DNA of 64,000 nucleotides, taken from NCBI GenBank assembly GCA_032117075.1, contig JAUMAA010000004.1, positions 2,629 to 66,628 of the forward strand. The letters are read 5' to 3'. Position 1 is the stretch's first letter, and each line of letters starts with the position of its first letter. Positions 49,197 to 58,903 of the stretch are shown in pieces. The notes under the pieces are model-generated. The model saw only the letters and a program-made list of their open reading frames with translations, made no database searches and was not told the origin of the DNA. This stretch comes from Patescibacteria group bacterium (GTDB lineage: Bacteria; Patescibacteriota; WWE3; UBA101185; UBA10185). The position numbers were made by a program, and so were the translations under genes.

Positions 49197-49490
49197 ATGA
49201 AAAGTCCAGAAGAGAAGGCGATTGAGTTCGCCAACAGGCAGGCAACAACACTTTTTCGTCAAGCTAGACGAAAAGAGCTCCCAATGGCATCGTCACTTGG
49301 CTGGTCAACAGTCAAAAACATTGCCTTGCGAGTTTTCGAACAAGGTGGTGGTGCCAAAGCTGTAAGGGAAGCTATACTGGAGCATGCTTCGCAGAAATGC
49401 GAAACAAAAATTGACCCAGTAAGACTACCTAGAGTCATTCCATCTTATGTTTCAGGGGGAAGAGTTTCCCCTAAAAGGAGGGATTACTAG
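49197..49490 (+). CDS. Small basic hypothetical protein
   Basis: AGGAG SD, visibly more GC-rich than flanks, flanking hairpins. Confidence 0.65.
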   Translation: MKSPEEKAIEFANRQATTLFRQARRKELPMASSLGWSTVKNIALRVFEQGGGAKAVREAILEHASQKCETKIDPVRLPRVIPSYVSGGRVSPKRRDY

Positions 49491-49501
49491 AATTAAAGAC
49501 C

Positions 49502-49526
49502 TAGGGAATGTCTTAAAACTTCCCTA
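49502..49526 (+). terminator. Weak hairpin after orphan ORF
   Basis: TAGGGAA...TTCCCTA. Confidence 0.4.
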
Positions 49527-49565
49527 TCTCAGTTAATTATTAGTTTTGTATATTAAAATTAATTA

Positions 49566-51059
49566 ATGTTTTCTCAATTTACTAAAAAAAACTTGTTATT
49601 GTTGTTTATCTTACCCACAATATTTCTAATTAAAATCTTCCTAAATTATTTTTTAATGGCTGAAAACGGGGATACTTACGATTTTTTTAAAGTTGCCTAT
49701 GAGTATAATCAAGGGAATTTTCTAACAGATTCTAAAAGAATGCCCTTATTTCCAATTTTGATTTCAGTATTCAACGATACAAATTATGTTGTTGCAGGTA
49801 GGGTTTTGAATAACCTATTTTACCTTGGTTCTCTGGTATTATTTTTTCATATTATTAAGAATTTATTTAATTTAGACTTTAAAAATAACCTGTTATATAC
49901 AACATTATTTGGATTTTTTTATTTAATTTTTGATAATTCTTTTTTTATCATGTCAGATACCTTATTTTTATTTCTAACCTTACTTTTTATTTATCTGTAC
50001 TATAAAAATGTTAGTACCTTAACTCTTACTCTTATTGGTTTTTTAGCTTTTTATACTCGTTTTGAAGGCATTTTACTTATTACAGGTTTGATAGTTTTAA
50101 ATATATTTAATAAAAAGTATTCTGAAGTAATTAGAATAATTAGTTATTCTTTTCTTTTGATCTTGCCTTTTTTATATAAAAATTTTCTCCTCTATGGAAA
50201 TTTTCTTAAGCTGGGGTACTTAGAAGATGCAGCTGGGTTTACCTTAAATTTTACAAACATATTAAAAGCTTTTGGAACACTGATTTTTTTAACAGGAGGA
50301 TTTTGGTTTTTACCTATATTACTTTCTCGAGCAAAAGATATACTTAAGATTGATTTCAGAACATTTCTACCCATCGTCTTAGTATTATTTACTTCTCTTC
50401 TTATTACTTGGGGATTTTATATCAGACTTTATTCAATTCCTCTATTTGTAAGTTTTTTAATTTTTATTTATTTTTTAGAAAACTATCAAAAACCATCCAA
50501 AAACTATATTTTGGTGTCAATTTTTTCATTTGTAGCATGGGTATTTATTGCCCACTTTTTGAATCATATAGATTTAGCAGAAACAAAGATTTCAAAAGGA
50601 ATAGTTGTTTTGTTTTCTTCGATAATTCTATACTTCTATTACAATTACCAAAGATTTGTTTTCTCAAAGATCTTAATTATTTTAATGATAATTATTCTTA
50701 ATTTATCTCTTTTTATAACTAAATTTATAGAAACAAGGGAAAAGTACTACACATTGGTTTTAGCAAATTCATATGCAATTGAAAATTCTATTAAAAATGT
50801 AGGTTATGCAGATGAGTCAGGAGTTACTAAATGGTATTTAAAAGATTTTAACCAAGAAAAAAACTTTATCAATTCCAAATTATCTTTTGGTGATTGGTTA
50901 ATTTCAAATAACATTGAATATTTTATATACACTGAAGAGCTGGGTTTTCAAGATAAAAAATTAAAACCTCATATTGAAATGATTAAAAATTCTGAAAAGA
51001 TAATAGAATTTAGAAGTAATTTTGCGGGAGGAAAGACTGTTATATATAAATTAAGATGA
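49566..51059 (+). CDS. GT-C fold membrane glycosyltransferase (PMT/ArnT-like)
   Basis: GDTYDF first-loop Asp, RMPLFP, SDTLF, TRFEG; many TMs. Confidence 0.75.
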   Translation: MFSQFTKKNLLLLFILPTIFLIKIFLNYFLMAENGDTYDFFKVAYEYNQGNFLTDSKRMPLFPILISVFNDTNYVVAGRVLNNLFYLGSLVLFFHIIKNLFNLDFKNNLLYTTLFGFFYLIFDNSFFIMSDTLFLFLTLLFIYLYYKNVSTLTLTLIGFLAFYTRFEGILLITGLIVLNIFNKKYSEVIRIISYSFLLILPFLYKNFLLYGNFLKLGYLEDAAGFTLNFTNILKAFGTLIFLTGGFWFLPILLSRAKDILKIDFRTFLPIVLVLFTSLLITWGFYIRLYSIPLFVSFLIFIYFLENYQKPSKNYILVSIFSFVAWVFIAHFLNHIDLAETKISKGIVVLFSSIILYFYYNYQRFVFSKILIILMIIILNLSLFITKFIETREKYYTLVLANSYAIENSIKNVGYADESGVTKWYLKDFNQEKNFINSKLSFGDWLISNNIEYFIYTEELGFQDKKLKPHIEMIKNSEKIIEFRSNFAGGKTVIYKLR

Positions 51060-52162
51060 TTAAAAAATTGATTCAAAAGATTTATTACGAAAATTCCCAA
51101 ATTATTAAAATCTGGATTATTTATATTTTAGTAATTCATTCACTCCCTTTTATATTTTCTATTTTTGGTTTATCAAAAGAACTTCCTTTTAATTTTAAAA
51201 CATATTTAATTGATTTTTGGGGTTATTATTGGGACGGTGCTCATTATTTAAAGATAATTCAGTCTGGTTATTCATATCCATTACAAGCTTTTTTCCCGGG
51301 CTATCCTCTTCTACTTAAAACACTTGATTTATTTCTACCTTTCACTGTTATCTATAAAATTAATGTTCTTCTTACCTTGCCAATGTTAATTCAACTAAAA
51401 GCTTTACTAATTAAAATGAGATTTACAGAAAGACAAATTCTTTTTGGTATGATTGGTTTTTTAAGTTTTCCAACTTCTTTTTTTCTTCAAGCTAACTACA
51501 CAGAAACCATCTACATTTTAATCTCGGCTTGGGGGTTAAATTTATTTTTAGAAAAGAAGTACTTTAAAGCTGCGATTAGTGGTTTTTTCTTGAGTTTTAT
51601 TAAAATTACTTCTGCAGTTTTTACTTTAGTATTTTTTATCAGTTTAATAAGGGAATTTAAAAAAAAGTTATTTACAGACCAAAAAAACTTCCAATATTTA
51701 CTAATTACTGCCTTAACATTAGGGGGAATAGTTATCTACTTTTCTTTCTTAAATTTTCAATTCAAAGATTTTATGATTTTCTTTAAAGCTCAGGGGGAGT
51801 GGGGCAGGGCAACTCAAGAGATTCCTTTTATTTCTGAATTTCAGGATATAAAAAAGAAATTTATATTTCAAAAGATTACAGAAGTTTTAGTTTTCGTGTT
51901 TGGGATTTTTTTGTTCATTTACTCTTACAAAAAAATCCCACTAGAATTATATTTATTTAGCATACTTCATTTTCTAATTCCATTAGCCACAGGAACTTTT
52001 TTAAGTATTAATCGATTGTTTTTGCTTTCATTTCCTGTATTGATTTGGTTTTTTGCTAATATTTCGAAAAATAAAACTATTTATTGGATATTTTTTTTAC
52101 TATTTTTAACCTTACAAATTGTAGGGTTAAATCTATTTATAAGAGGTCACTTTATTGGATAA
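51056..52162 (+). CDS. PIG-V-like GT-C mannosyltransferase
   Basis: WDGAHY, AFFPGYP, YTETI, SINR. Confidence 0.82.
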   Translation: MIKKLIQKIYYENSQIIKIWIIYILVIHSLPFIFSIFGLSKELPFNFKTYLIDFWGYYWDGAHYLKIIQSGYSYPLQAFFPGYPLLLKTLDLFLPFTVIYKINVLLTLPMLIQLKALLIKMRFTERQILFGMIGFLSFPTSFFLQANYTETIYILISAWGLNLFLEKKYFKAAISGFFLSFIKITSAVFTLVFFISLIREFKKKLFTDQKNFQYLLITALTLGGIVIYFSFLNFQFKDFMIFFKAQGEWGRATQEIPFISEFQDIKKKFIFQKITEVLVFVFGIFLFIYSYKKIPLELYLFSILHFLIPLATGTFLSINRLFLLSFPVLIWFFANISKNKTIYWIFFLLFLTLQIVGLNLFIRGHFIG

Positions 52163-52169
52163 ATTATAA

Positions 52170-52244
52170 TGGTGAGGGCGGTGAGATTCGAACTCACGAC
52201 AAACGGCTTAAAAGGCCGCTACTCTACCGCTGAGCTACACCCCC
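52170..52244 (-). tRNA. tRNA-Lys(TTT)
   Basis: Anticodon loop CTTTTAA, TTCGAAT, encoded CCA. Confidence 0.96.
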
Positions 52245-52256
52245 ATCATTTTATTA

Positions 52257-52331
52257 TGGTGACCCTACGGGGAATCGAACCCCGATTGACGGAATGAAAA
52301 TCCGTTGTCCTGGCCGTTAGACGATAGGGCC
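52257..52331 (-). tRNA. tRNA-Glu(TTC)
   Basis: ACGGA-TTTTCAT-TCCGT anticodon arm, GGTTCGA, CCA. Confidence 0.96.
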
Positions 52332-52404
52332 ATAATAAATCCAATTTTAACAAAAAAATATCGATTTACCAATATCTTTGTCTCTTCTGATAAAATATAA
52401 TTTA

Positions 52405-53808
52405 ATGGAACTTTTATACTCAATAATTCTATCTATCTCAGCTTTTTTTCTTAGTTTAGTTCCTACCAGAGAATTTAGAGAAGGGCTGATTTCTCAACCA
52501 GTTAGTTTTTATCCTATGAAAGCTGTTTCCCAAACTGACCGAACAGTTTCGAGACTAATTTACAGAGGGTTATTTAAATACAATATATATGGTGAGCTGG
52601 TTCCGGATTTAGTAGAAACTTACTCAATTTCTAACGATGGTTTGGTTTACACTATTAAGATTAAAGATAATCAATACTATATAGATGGAAGAAAAATTAC
52701 TGCTGATGATGTTTTTTATTCCAGTATTAACTCCCAGTCATTACAAGGTATTGTGATAGATAGGGTTGATGATTTTACGGTTAATTTTACTTTACAAAAT
52801 AGGTATGCTCCATTTTTATCTTTACTTACCGAGGGTGTAATTCAAAATGGATCTATTGAAAGGGGAGGTGACTTAATGCCGGTTTCTTCTGGAGATTTTA
52901 GAGTTATTAAAGTCAAAAGGAGTGGTCCTATTATTAAAGAGATTGTTTTATATTCAACTAAATACAATATCCCTAAATTAGTCTTTAGATTTTATACATC
53001 CGAAGACGAATTAAGAATTGCAGCTAAACTTGAGGAGATTGATGCTTTTATTAGTTATGATGCCATGCAAATAGAAAACTTCGAGAAATATAGATTTCCT
53101 ATCCTCTCAAATACTTACGGATTATTTTTTAATTCCGACAACGAGAGAGTTATTTCTAGAGAGCTGAGACAAAAGATTGCAAAATCAATAAATGTTGAGG
53201 AGATAAGTTTGGAGTACGGTATTCCTGCAGAAGGTGTTATCTCTAGAGATTTTTATACTAATTACAAATTAAAATTTGATAAATATGATGATAAATTTTC
53301 TGAGGATCTCAAGGAACAAAGATTTGTGATTAAAGTTCCTGATTATAAAAACAATAAAAAAGTGGTCGAATTAATTAGAAATAGTATAGAGGATAACTTA
53401 AATATTGATTACGATATTGAGCTTTTAGAGCCTGATAGATTTATCAATGAGGTGATTAGAACAAAACAATTTGAAGTCATATTTTTTGGTATCGAGACCT
53501 CCAGAGATCCAGACAGGTATCTAAACTGGCACTCCTCAGGGAAGATTCCTGGATATAACTTTACAAACTTTACAAATGCTATTGCTGATAAATCTTTAGA
53601 AGATGGAAGAAATGAGGTAGACCCTTTCAAAAGAAAAAATCATTATGATAAGTTTCAAGAAGTTTTCGATCAAAATTTACCCGCTATTTTTCTTTACCAT
53701 CCCTTTATGAACTATTATGTTTCTAAAAGAGTTACTGGAATTACAGAAAAAACCACTTTTGATCTTTCAGATAGGTTTAATGATTACCCTAATTGGTTAA
53801 TAAATTAA
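52405..53808 (+). CDS. Family 5 ABC substrate-binding protein (orphan)
   Basis: LIYRGL, PDLVE.Y.IS.DG..YT, ITADDV, LPAIFLY. Confidence 0.88.
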   Translation: MELLYSIILSISAFFLSLVPTREFREGLISQPVSFYPMKAVSQTDRTVSRLIYRGLFKYNIYGELVPDLVETYSISNDGLVYTIKIKDNQYYIDGRKITADDVFYSSINSQSLQGIVIDRVDDFTVNFTLQNRYAPFLSLLTEGVIQNGSIERGGDLMPVSSGDFRVIKVKRSGPIIKEIVLYSTKYNIPKLVFRFYTSEDELRIAAKLEEIDAFISYDAMQIENFEKYRFPILSNTYGLFFNSDNERVISRELRQKIAKSINVEEISLEYGIPAEGVISRDFYTNYKLKFDKYDDKFSEDLKEQRFVIKVPDYKNNKKVVELIRNSIEDNLNIDYDIELLEPDRFINEVIRTKQFEVIFFGIETSRDPDRYLNWHSSGKIPGYNFTNFTNAIADKSLEDGRNEVDPFKRKNHYDKFQEVFDQNLPAIFLYHPFMNYYVSKRVTGITEKTTFDLSDRFNDYPNWLIN

Positions 53809-53836
53809 CCTTTTCTTGATATAATAGGCAGTAGAC

Positions 53837-53912
53837 GGTGGTCTTAGTTCAGCGGTAGAACGCCTCCCTGTGGAGGAGGATGTCATGGGTTCGATCCCCA
53901 TAGATCACCCCA
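53837..53912 (+). tRNA. tRNA-His(GTG) with encoded G-1
   Basis: CCTCC-CTGTGGA-GGAGG arm, C73, CCA. Confidence 0.96.
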
Positions 53913-53997
53913 TTAAATTATTTAAAATTCAATCTTGCTTTTATCTTTTAAATTAGTTACTTTTATTTCATGAGTTTTTTCTAGAAAGGAAATTCAT

Positions 53998-54234
53998 ATG
54001 GACATTGGCAGTGATTCTCAAACTGTCTATCTTCAAGACTTGGATGGGAATTTTTTCAAGTTGGTTGTTATTTCTGGTGATATTTTTAGAAGTGCTACTT
54101 TTGAAGTTCATCAGAAGATTGGAGAACATTGGTTTCATCAAGGCACAAGGGAGTCAACTTCTGGAATCAAGAAGGGTAAGTCACTTTGGGATGGTACTAC
54201 AATAGATTCGTATGTTGTTACAAATCCGATTTAG
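53998..54234 (+). CDS. Small hypothetical beta-rich protein
   Basis: AAAGGA SD; followed by hairpin. Confidence 0.6.
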   Translation: MDIGSDSQTVYLQDLDGNFFKLVVISGDIFRSATFEVHQKIGEHWFHQGTRESTSGIKKGKSLWDGTTIDSYVVTNPI

Positions 54235-54254
54235 AGAGAGGTGAGAGGTAAAAA

Positions 54255-54280
54255 GCGGCGGTGAATTTGTTCACCGTCGC
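54255..54280 (+). terminator. GC-rich hairpin
   Basis: GCGGCGGTGAA-TTTG-TTCACCGTCGC then T-rich tract. Confidence 0.7.
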
Positions 54281-54315
54281 ATCACTATTTTTATTTTTTT
54301 GTTAAAATAATATCT

Positions 54316-56040
54316 ATGGCTTTAACTAGAAAACAAAAAAACTTTATCAATCAAAATTTTCAACAAATTTCAATTAAGGATATGTCCCAGATTTTAAAGA
54401 TTTCTGAAATCGAGGTCATAGAATACTTAAAAAAGTTTAATTTGATTTCAAAAATGAATTCTGTTTCACAAAATTCAAAAAATAAATTTTCAAATAAAAT
54501 TGATTATGAATACAAAAGCTTCATGGATGTTTTGCAAGAAAACTTGGGTTTTTTTGTAATCATCTCAATCTTTTTATTCGTTTTATACTGGCCATCTTTA
54601 AATAGTATTTTACTAAGTGATGAAATTACCGTTTACAATACTGGAATTGTAACCGGAGCTGTTACTATCTTAAATTCTTTTTATAATACTTCTTTTATAC
54701 ATGTACTAAATTTCTCTTTATTTGGTTTAAATGGTTCTGGTTTTAGAATAGTTTCATTAGTACTACATATTTTAAATATAGTTTTATTTTTTTATATTTT
54801 TAGGAATTTTTTCTCTGAAACAGTTCTTAAGGTATCCATAGTATTACTAAGCGCTCATTCTTTAATTGCCGAAAGTATTATTTGGATTTCCGCAAATCCC
54901 TATATTTATATGGCTACTTTATATTTAGTTTCCTCAGCTTTTTCTTTAAAATTCAAAGAAGAAAAGAAATACATTTATTTATTTTTATCTTTTATCCCAA
55001 TTGTTATTTTAGCTATTTCAGGAGGTCACTCTAATTTTGCACCATTGTTCTATATTTTCTTTAATCTTTTTATACTAAGGAATCCTATAAAGCAGGAATT
55101 AAAATACTCACTTTGGTTAATGCTTTTGATTCCAATTTACGGATTAATGAATAGATCAACCGTTGATCAAAGAATTGCCTCTTTAACCACAGGCCCTTAC
55201 CTTGAAAAATTTACTCAGACACTACCCTTTACTGTTGCAAAATCTTTAGAACTAGTAATTTTTCCTTACAATTTAGCTTTATTTCATGAAGAAACCCTAA
55301 CCCCAGACTATTATACTTTTGCGAGAATTATTACTATTCTCTTTATTTCAACATTTATTGTTCTATTTATTAAAAATAGATTTTATTTTGGTGTTCTCAG
55401 TTTAGGTTTTATCTATAATGTTTACATGTTTTCTCCTGTTCAGATTTCTTGGTTTGTAGCCGAAAGGTATATGTACTTTACTATTTTTATTTATTGCCTG
55501 TTTTTAGGTATTTTTCTAAACTATTTATATGAAAAACATAATAAATATCTTCCCTATTTTCTTTTAACTTTATTTTTTTCATTTTTGGTCATTAGAACAG
55601 TTACTAGATTTGATGACTGGAAGACAAATGTTAAATTATGGACTGCAAATGTCAAAATTTCCCCAGATAGTCACCGGGTACGAAATAATCTTGCAGATAG
55701 TTTGGTTAAGGAAAGAAGATTTGCCGAAGCTGAAGAGCATTTTATACATTCTATAAAATTAAATCCAAATTTTGCAGAAGCTTATATGAATCTTGGTAAT
55801 TCGTATTTACAACAAGGGAAGCTTTCTTTAGCTGAACAAGCTTATCTTAAATCACTTGAATTAAACTCAGGGTTGGTTGATTCCTACTTAAATCTTGGTA
55901 TGATATATGCTAATAGTAAAGATTTTAGTAAGGCATATTCCGCAATAGATAAGGTCATTTTAATGGCACCGTCTTTCGAACAAGCCAAAAATATAAAGAA
56001 AGAAATAGAAAAATATGAATATTCTTCAAAAAAGAACTAA
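54316..56040 (+). CDS. TMTC-like GT-C glycosyltransferase with C-terminal TPRs
   Basis: LSDE loop, HSLIAESIIW, AERYMY, DW..LW, TPRs (AEAYMNLG, YLNLG). Confidence 0.82.
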   Translation: MALTRKQKNFINQNFQQISIKDMSQILKISEIEVIEYLKKFNLISKMNSVSQNSKNKFSNKIDYEYKSFMDVLQENLGFFVIISIFLFVLYWPSLNSILLSDEITVYNTGIVTGAVTILNSFYNTSFIHVLNFSLFGLNGSGFRIVSLVLHILNIVLFFYIFRNFFSETVLKVSIVLLSAHSLIAESIIWISANPYIYMATLYLVSSAFSLKFKEEKKYIYLFLSFIPIVILAISGGHSNFAPLFYIFFNLFILRNPIKQELKYSLWLMLLIPIYGLMNRSTVDQRIASLTTGPYLEKFTQTLPFTVAKSLELVIFPYNLALFHEETLTPDYYTFARIITILFISTFIVLFIKNRFYFGVLSLGFIYNVYMFSPVQISWFVAERYMYFTIFIYCLFLGIFLNYLYEKHNKYLPYFLLTLFFSFLVIRTVTRFDDWKTNVKLWTANVKISPDSHRVRNNLADSLVKERRFAEAEEHFIHSIKLNPNFAEAYMNLGNSYLQQGKLSLAEQAYLKSLELNSGLVDSYLNLGMIYANSKDFSKAYSAIDKVILMAPSFEQAKNIKKEIEKYEYSSKKN

Positions 56041-57430
56041 AATAGTAGCAACAATTGGGCCATCAAGTGAGTCTCCTGAAATGATGCAAAAACTCATGTC
56101 GTTAGGTGTAAATGTTTTTAGATTTAACATGAAACACGGGGATGTTGAGTGGCATAAAAAATTTATTAAACAGGCCAGAGAAGTAGCTACAAATAATAAT
56201 TATGATTTAGGAGTTCTAATTGACTTACAAGGTCCTGAGGTGAGAATTAAGACATTTAACCAAAAAGTTTTAAGTATAAAAAAAGGAGATTTAATCAAAT
56301 TTACTTCTAATTTCGACTTATTAAATGACAACGAAACAATAATTTACACATCTTCAAAAAATATTGTCTCTTCTCTTGAAAAAGGAGATAGATTAGTTAT
56401 TGATGATGGTGCCCTATTTTTAGAAGTTCAGGAAAAAGGTAATGAGTTTGTCATGCTTGTATCCGAATCAGAAAGCCCTTTAAAAAATAATAAATCCATG
56501 AATTTAATTGGTAAAGATATTGATTTACCTTCCCTTACTGATGAAGATAGATTAAGACTTACTGTTGCCCAAGAGGAGAAAGTAGACTTTATTGCTTTAT
56601 CTTTTGTCAGAGAAAAAAAAGATTTAGATACTTTAAAAGAGGAGATGAAATTAAAAAACATAGAGGCTAAGATTGTATCTAAGATTGAAAGTCAAAAAGG
56701 AATTAACAATATTGATGACATTATAGAATACTCTTATGCCATTATGGTAGCAAGGGGAGATCTAGGTATTGAAACACCAATTGAAGGGATTACTTATATT
56801 CAAAAAATTCTAGTTAAAAAATGTAGAATGAAATCAAAACCAGTAATTGTTGCAACTCAAATGCTTGAATCAATGATTACTTCAAAGTTTCCGACTAGAG
56901 CTGAGGCTGCGGATGTTTCAAATGCAGTATTTGATCATACTGATGCTGTGATGCTTTCAGGTGAGACTGCTTATGGAGCTAACCCTGCTGAAGTAGTTGA
57001 GGTAATGTCCAGAATCTGTTCATTTAATGAAACTGTAAGAAGCGATGCCCAGGTAATTCATGTAACTAGGGATAACACATCCTATATTGCAGAAGCTGGA
57101 TTTAATATTTCTAAAGACCATAATGTTAATAAGATTATTGCTTTAACTGAAACAGGTTATACTGTTAGAGTATTGTCAGCATTAAGGCCAAAAGCCGATA
57201 TAATAGCAGTTTCTGATGTACAGGATACAGTTAACCTTTTGACACTCTCAGGAGGTGTAAAGCCATTTAAAACACAATATGCTATTTCAGATCTAAGTTC
57301 TTATCAAAAGATTATTGATGAGTTGAAAAATGCAAAACTTGTTGAATCTGGTGAGACAGTAGTAGCTATTCATGGTCAGAAATTTGGACAAGCTGGTGGT
57401 ACAAATTCTTTAATTATTTTAACTATTTAA
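56015..57430 (+). CDS. pyk: Pyruvate kinase
   Basis: RTKIVATIGP, MVARGDLG, ATQMLESM, MLSGETA. Confidence 0.98.
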   Translation: MNILQKRTKIVATIGPSSESPEMMQKLMSLGVNVFRFNMKHGDVEWHKKFIKQAREVATNNNYDLGVLIDLQGPEVRIKTFNQKVLSIKKGDLIKFTSNFDLLNDNETIIYTSSKNIVSSLEKGDRLVIDDGALFLEVQEKGNEFVMLVSESESPLKNNKSMNLIGKDIDLPSLTDEDRLRLTVAQEEKVDFIALSFVREKKDLDTLKEEMKLKNIEAKIVSKIESQKGINNIDDIIEYSYAIMVARGDLGIETPIEGITYIQKILVKKCRMKSKPVIVATQMLESMITSKFPTRAEAADVSNAVFDHTDAVMLSGETAYGANPAEVVEVMSRICSFNETVRSDAQVIHVTRDNTSYIAEAGFNISKDHNVNKIIALTETGYTVRVLSALRPKADIIAVSDVQDTVNLLTLSGGVKPFKTQYAISDLSSYQKIIDELKNAKLVESGETVVAIHGQKFGQAGGTNSLIILTI

Positions 57431-57446
57431 GAAAGGACAGTAAATA

Positions 57447-58193
57447 ATGAATGATGAAACAAAAAAATTAAGAAATTTAATAGGTTTATTAGTATTGGTA
57501 GTGATTGTAATGTCTTACTATGTGGGATACTTTTCGAGTAAATTAGGTTTTGATGCTCCTTTTATACCAAACTCAGGTAGTAAAACAGCAGCAAATGTTG
57601 CAGCTCCTGCACAAGCTCCGGAAGAGGAGTTTAAACAGGTAGAAGAAGTTTCATTTTTAGAGTTAAAGGGTAATGAGGTTGCTAAAGGAAACTTAAATTC
57701 AAATATAGTTTTAGTTGAATTTACTGATCTTCAGTGTCCTTTCTGTGCGAGATTTCACCCAACAGTAGAAAAAGCAGTTCAAAAAAATAATGTTAAATTG
57801 GTAACAAAGCATTTCCCTCTTTCATTTCATGAATATGCTAAGGATTATTCAATTATGTTTGAGTGTTTAGCTAAAAATAATGGAGCAAATCAAGCTTATG
57901 ACTTTGTTAATAAATTATTTGAAGTAAATATTCAAAAAAGGGGTGTTGTTACTCTTGAAGATGGTTTAAACGAGGCTAAGAAATTAGGTTTATCAGACTC
58001 TACATTTAATAGTTGTAAATCTGATTCTTCTATAACAGGAAAGATTCAAGAAAATTTTGATGAAGGTATTAAAATTGGTATTAACGGAACACCTGCTATG
58101 TATATCTTAAACACTACTTCTAAAAAAGCTGTTAGATTGAATGGATTAGTTGAAGAAAATGTATTACAAGCAGAAATTGAAAAGCTTAAGTAA
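57447..58193 (+). CDS. Membrane-anchored DsbA family oxidoreductase
   Basis: EFTDLQCPFC, HFPL, GTP. Confidence 0.92.
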   Translation: MNDETKKLRNLIGLLVLVVIVMSYYVGYFSSKLGFDAPFIPNSGSKTAANVAAPAQAPEEEFKQVEEVSFLELKGNEVAKGNLNSNIVLVEFTDLQCPFCARFHPTVEKAVQKNNVKLVTKHFPLSFHEYAKDYSIMFECLAKNNGANQAYDFVNKLFEVNIQKRGVVTLEDGLNEAKKLGLSDSTFNSCKSDSSITGKIQENFDEGIKIGINGTPAMYILNTTSKKAVRLNGLVEENVLQAEIEKLK

Positions 58194-58207
58194 ATTGGAG
58201 GAATTAA

Positions 58208-58903
58208 TTGAAGGGTAAACTTTTTTTAGTCTCAACTCCAATAGGTAATATGGAAGACATTTCAGCAAGGGCCTTAAAGACCCTTGCTGATGTTGATTAT
58301 ATTCTCTCAGAAGATACAAGAGAGACATCTAAACTTTTAAATTATTTTAAAATTGAAAAACCACAGATATCTTATAGGGATCAAAATCATGACCGTGTAT
58401 TAAGTCAAATCAAGGATTTAATAGAGAATGGTTTGAATATAGCTTTAGTTTCCGATAGAGGAACCCCGCTTATCTCCGATCCGGGTTATAAATTAGTCAG
58501 GGATTTAATAAAGGAAGGTGTAAAGATTGAGTCAATCCCAGGACCATCAAGTGTGATTGATGCTTTAGTTCTTTCAGGTCTTCCAACTGATAAATTTATA
58601 TTTTTAGGGTTTTTACCCAAGGGTAAAGCTCAAGTAGCTAAATTACTTGAAAAATTTGGAGAAATGCCTGCTACTTTGATAATTTTTGAAAGTCCTTATA
58701 GGTTAGAAAGTTTATTAGAAACTGCTTCCGAAGTATTAGGTTCAAGAGATGTAGCTGTTTGTAAAGAATTAACTAAAATGCATGAGGAAATTTACAGATT
58801 CTATCTTCCTCAATGGAGAATGCAAAAATTTGATTTAAGAGGGGAATTTGTTGTAGTTATTTCAAAAAAAGATAAGGGAGATGATTTTATACTGTATGAA
58901 TGA
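58208..58903 (+). CDS. rsmI: 16S rRNA C1402 2'-O-methyltransferase
   Basis: TPIGN.EDIS.RA, EDTR, GTPLISDPG, ELTKMHEE. Confidence 0.96.
   Translation: MKGKLFLVSTPIGNMEDISARALKTLADVDYILSEDTRETSKLLNYFKIEKPQISYRDQNHDRVLSQIKDLIENGLNIALVSDRGTPLISDPGYKLVRDLIKEGVKIESIPGPSSVIDALVLSGLPTDKFIFLGFLPKGKAQVAKLLEKFGEMPATLIIFESPYRLESLLETASEVLGSRDVAVCKELTKMHEEIYRFYLPQWRMQKFDLRGEFVVVISKKDKGDDFILYE

Noticed and set aside
35087-54280. Cassette hairpins as canonical integron attC sites
   Set aside because: No clear RYYYAAC...GTTRRRY ends, stems too short, no intI; kept only as an unexplained shared element
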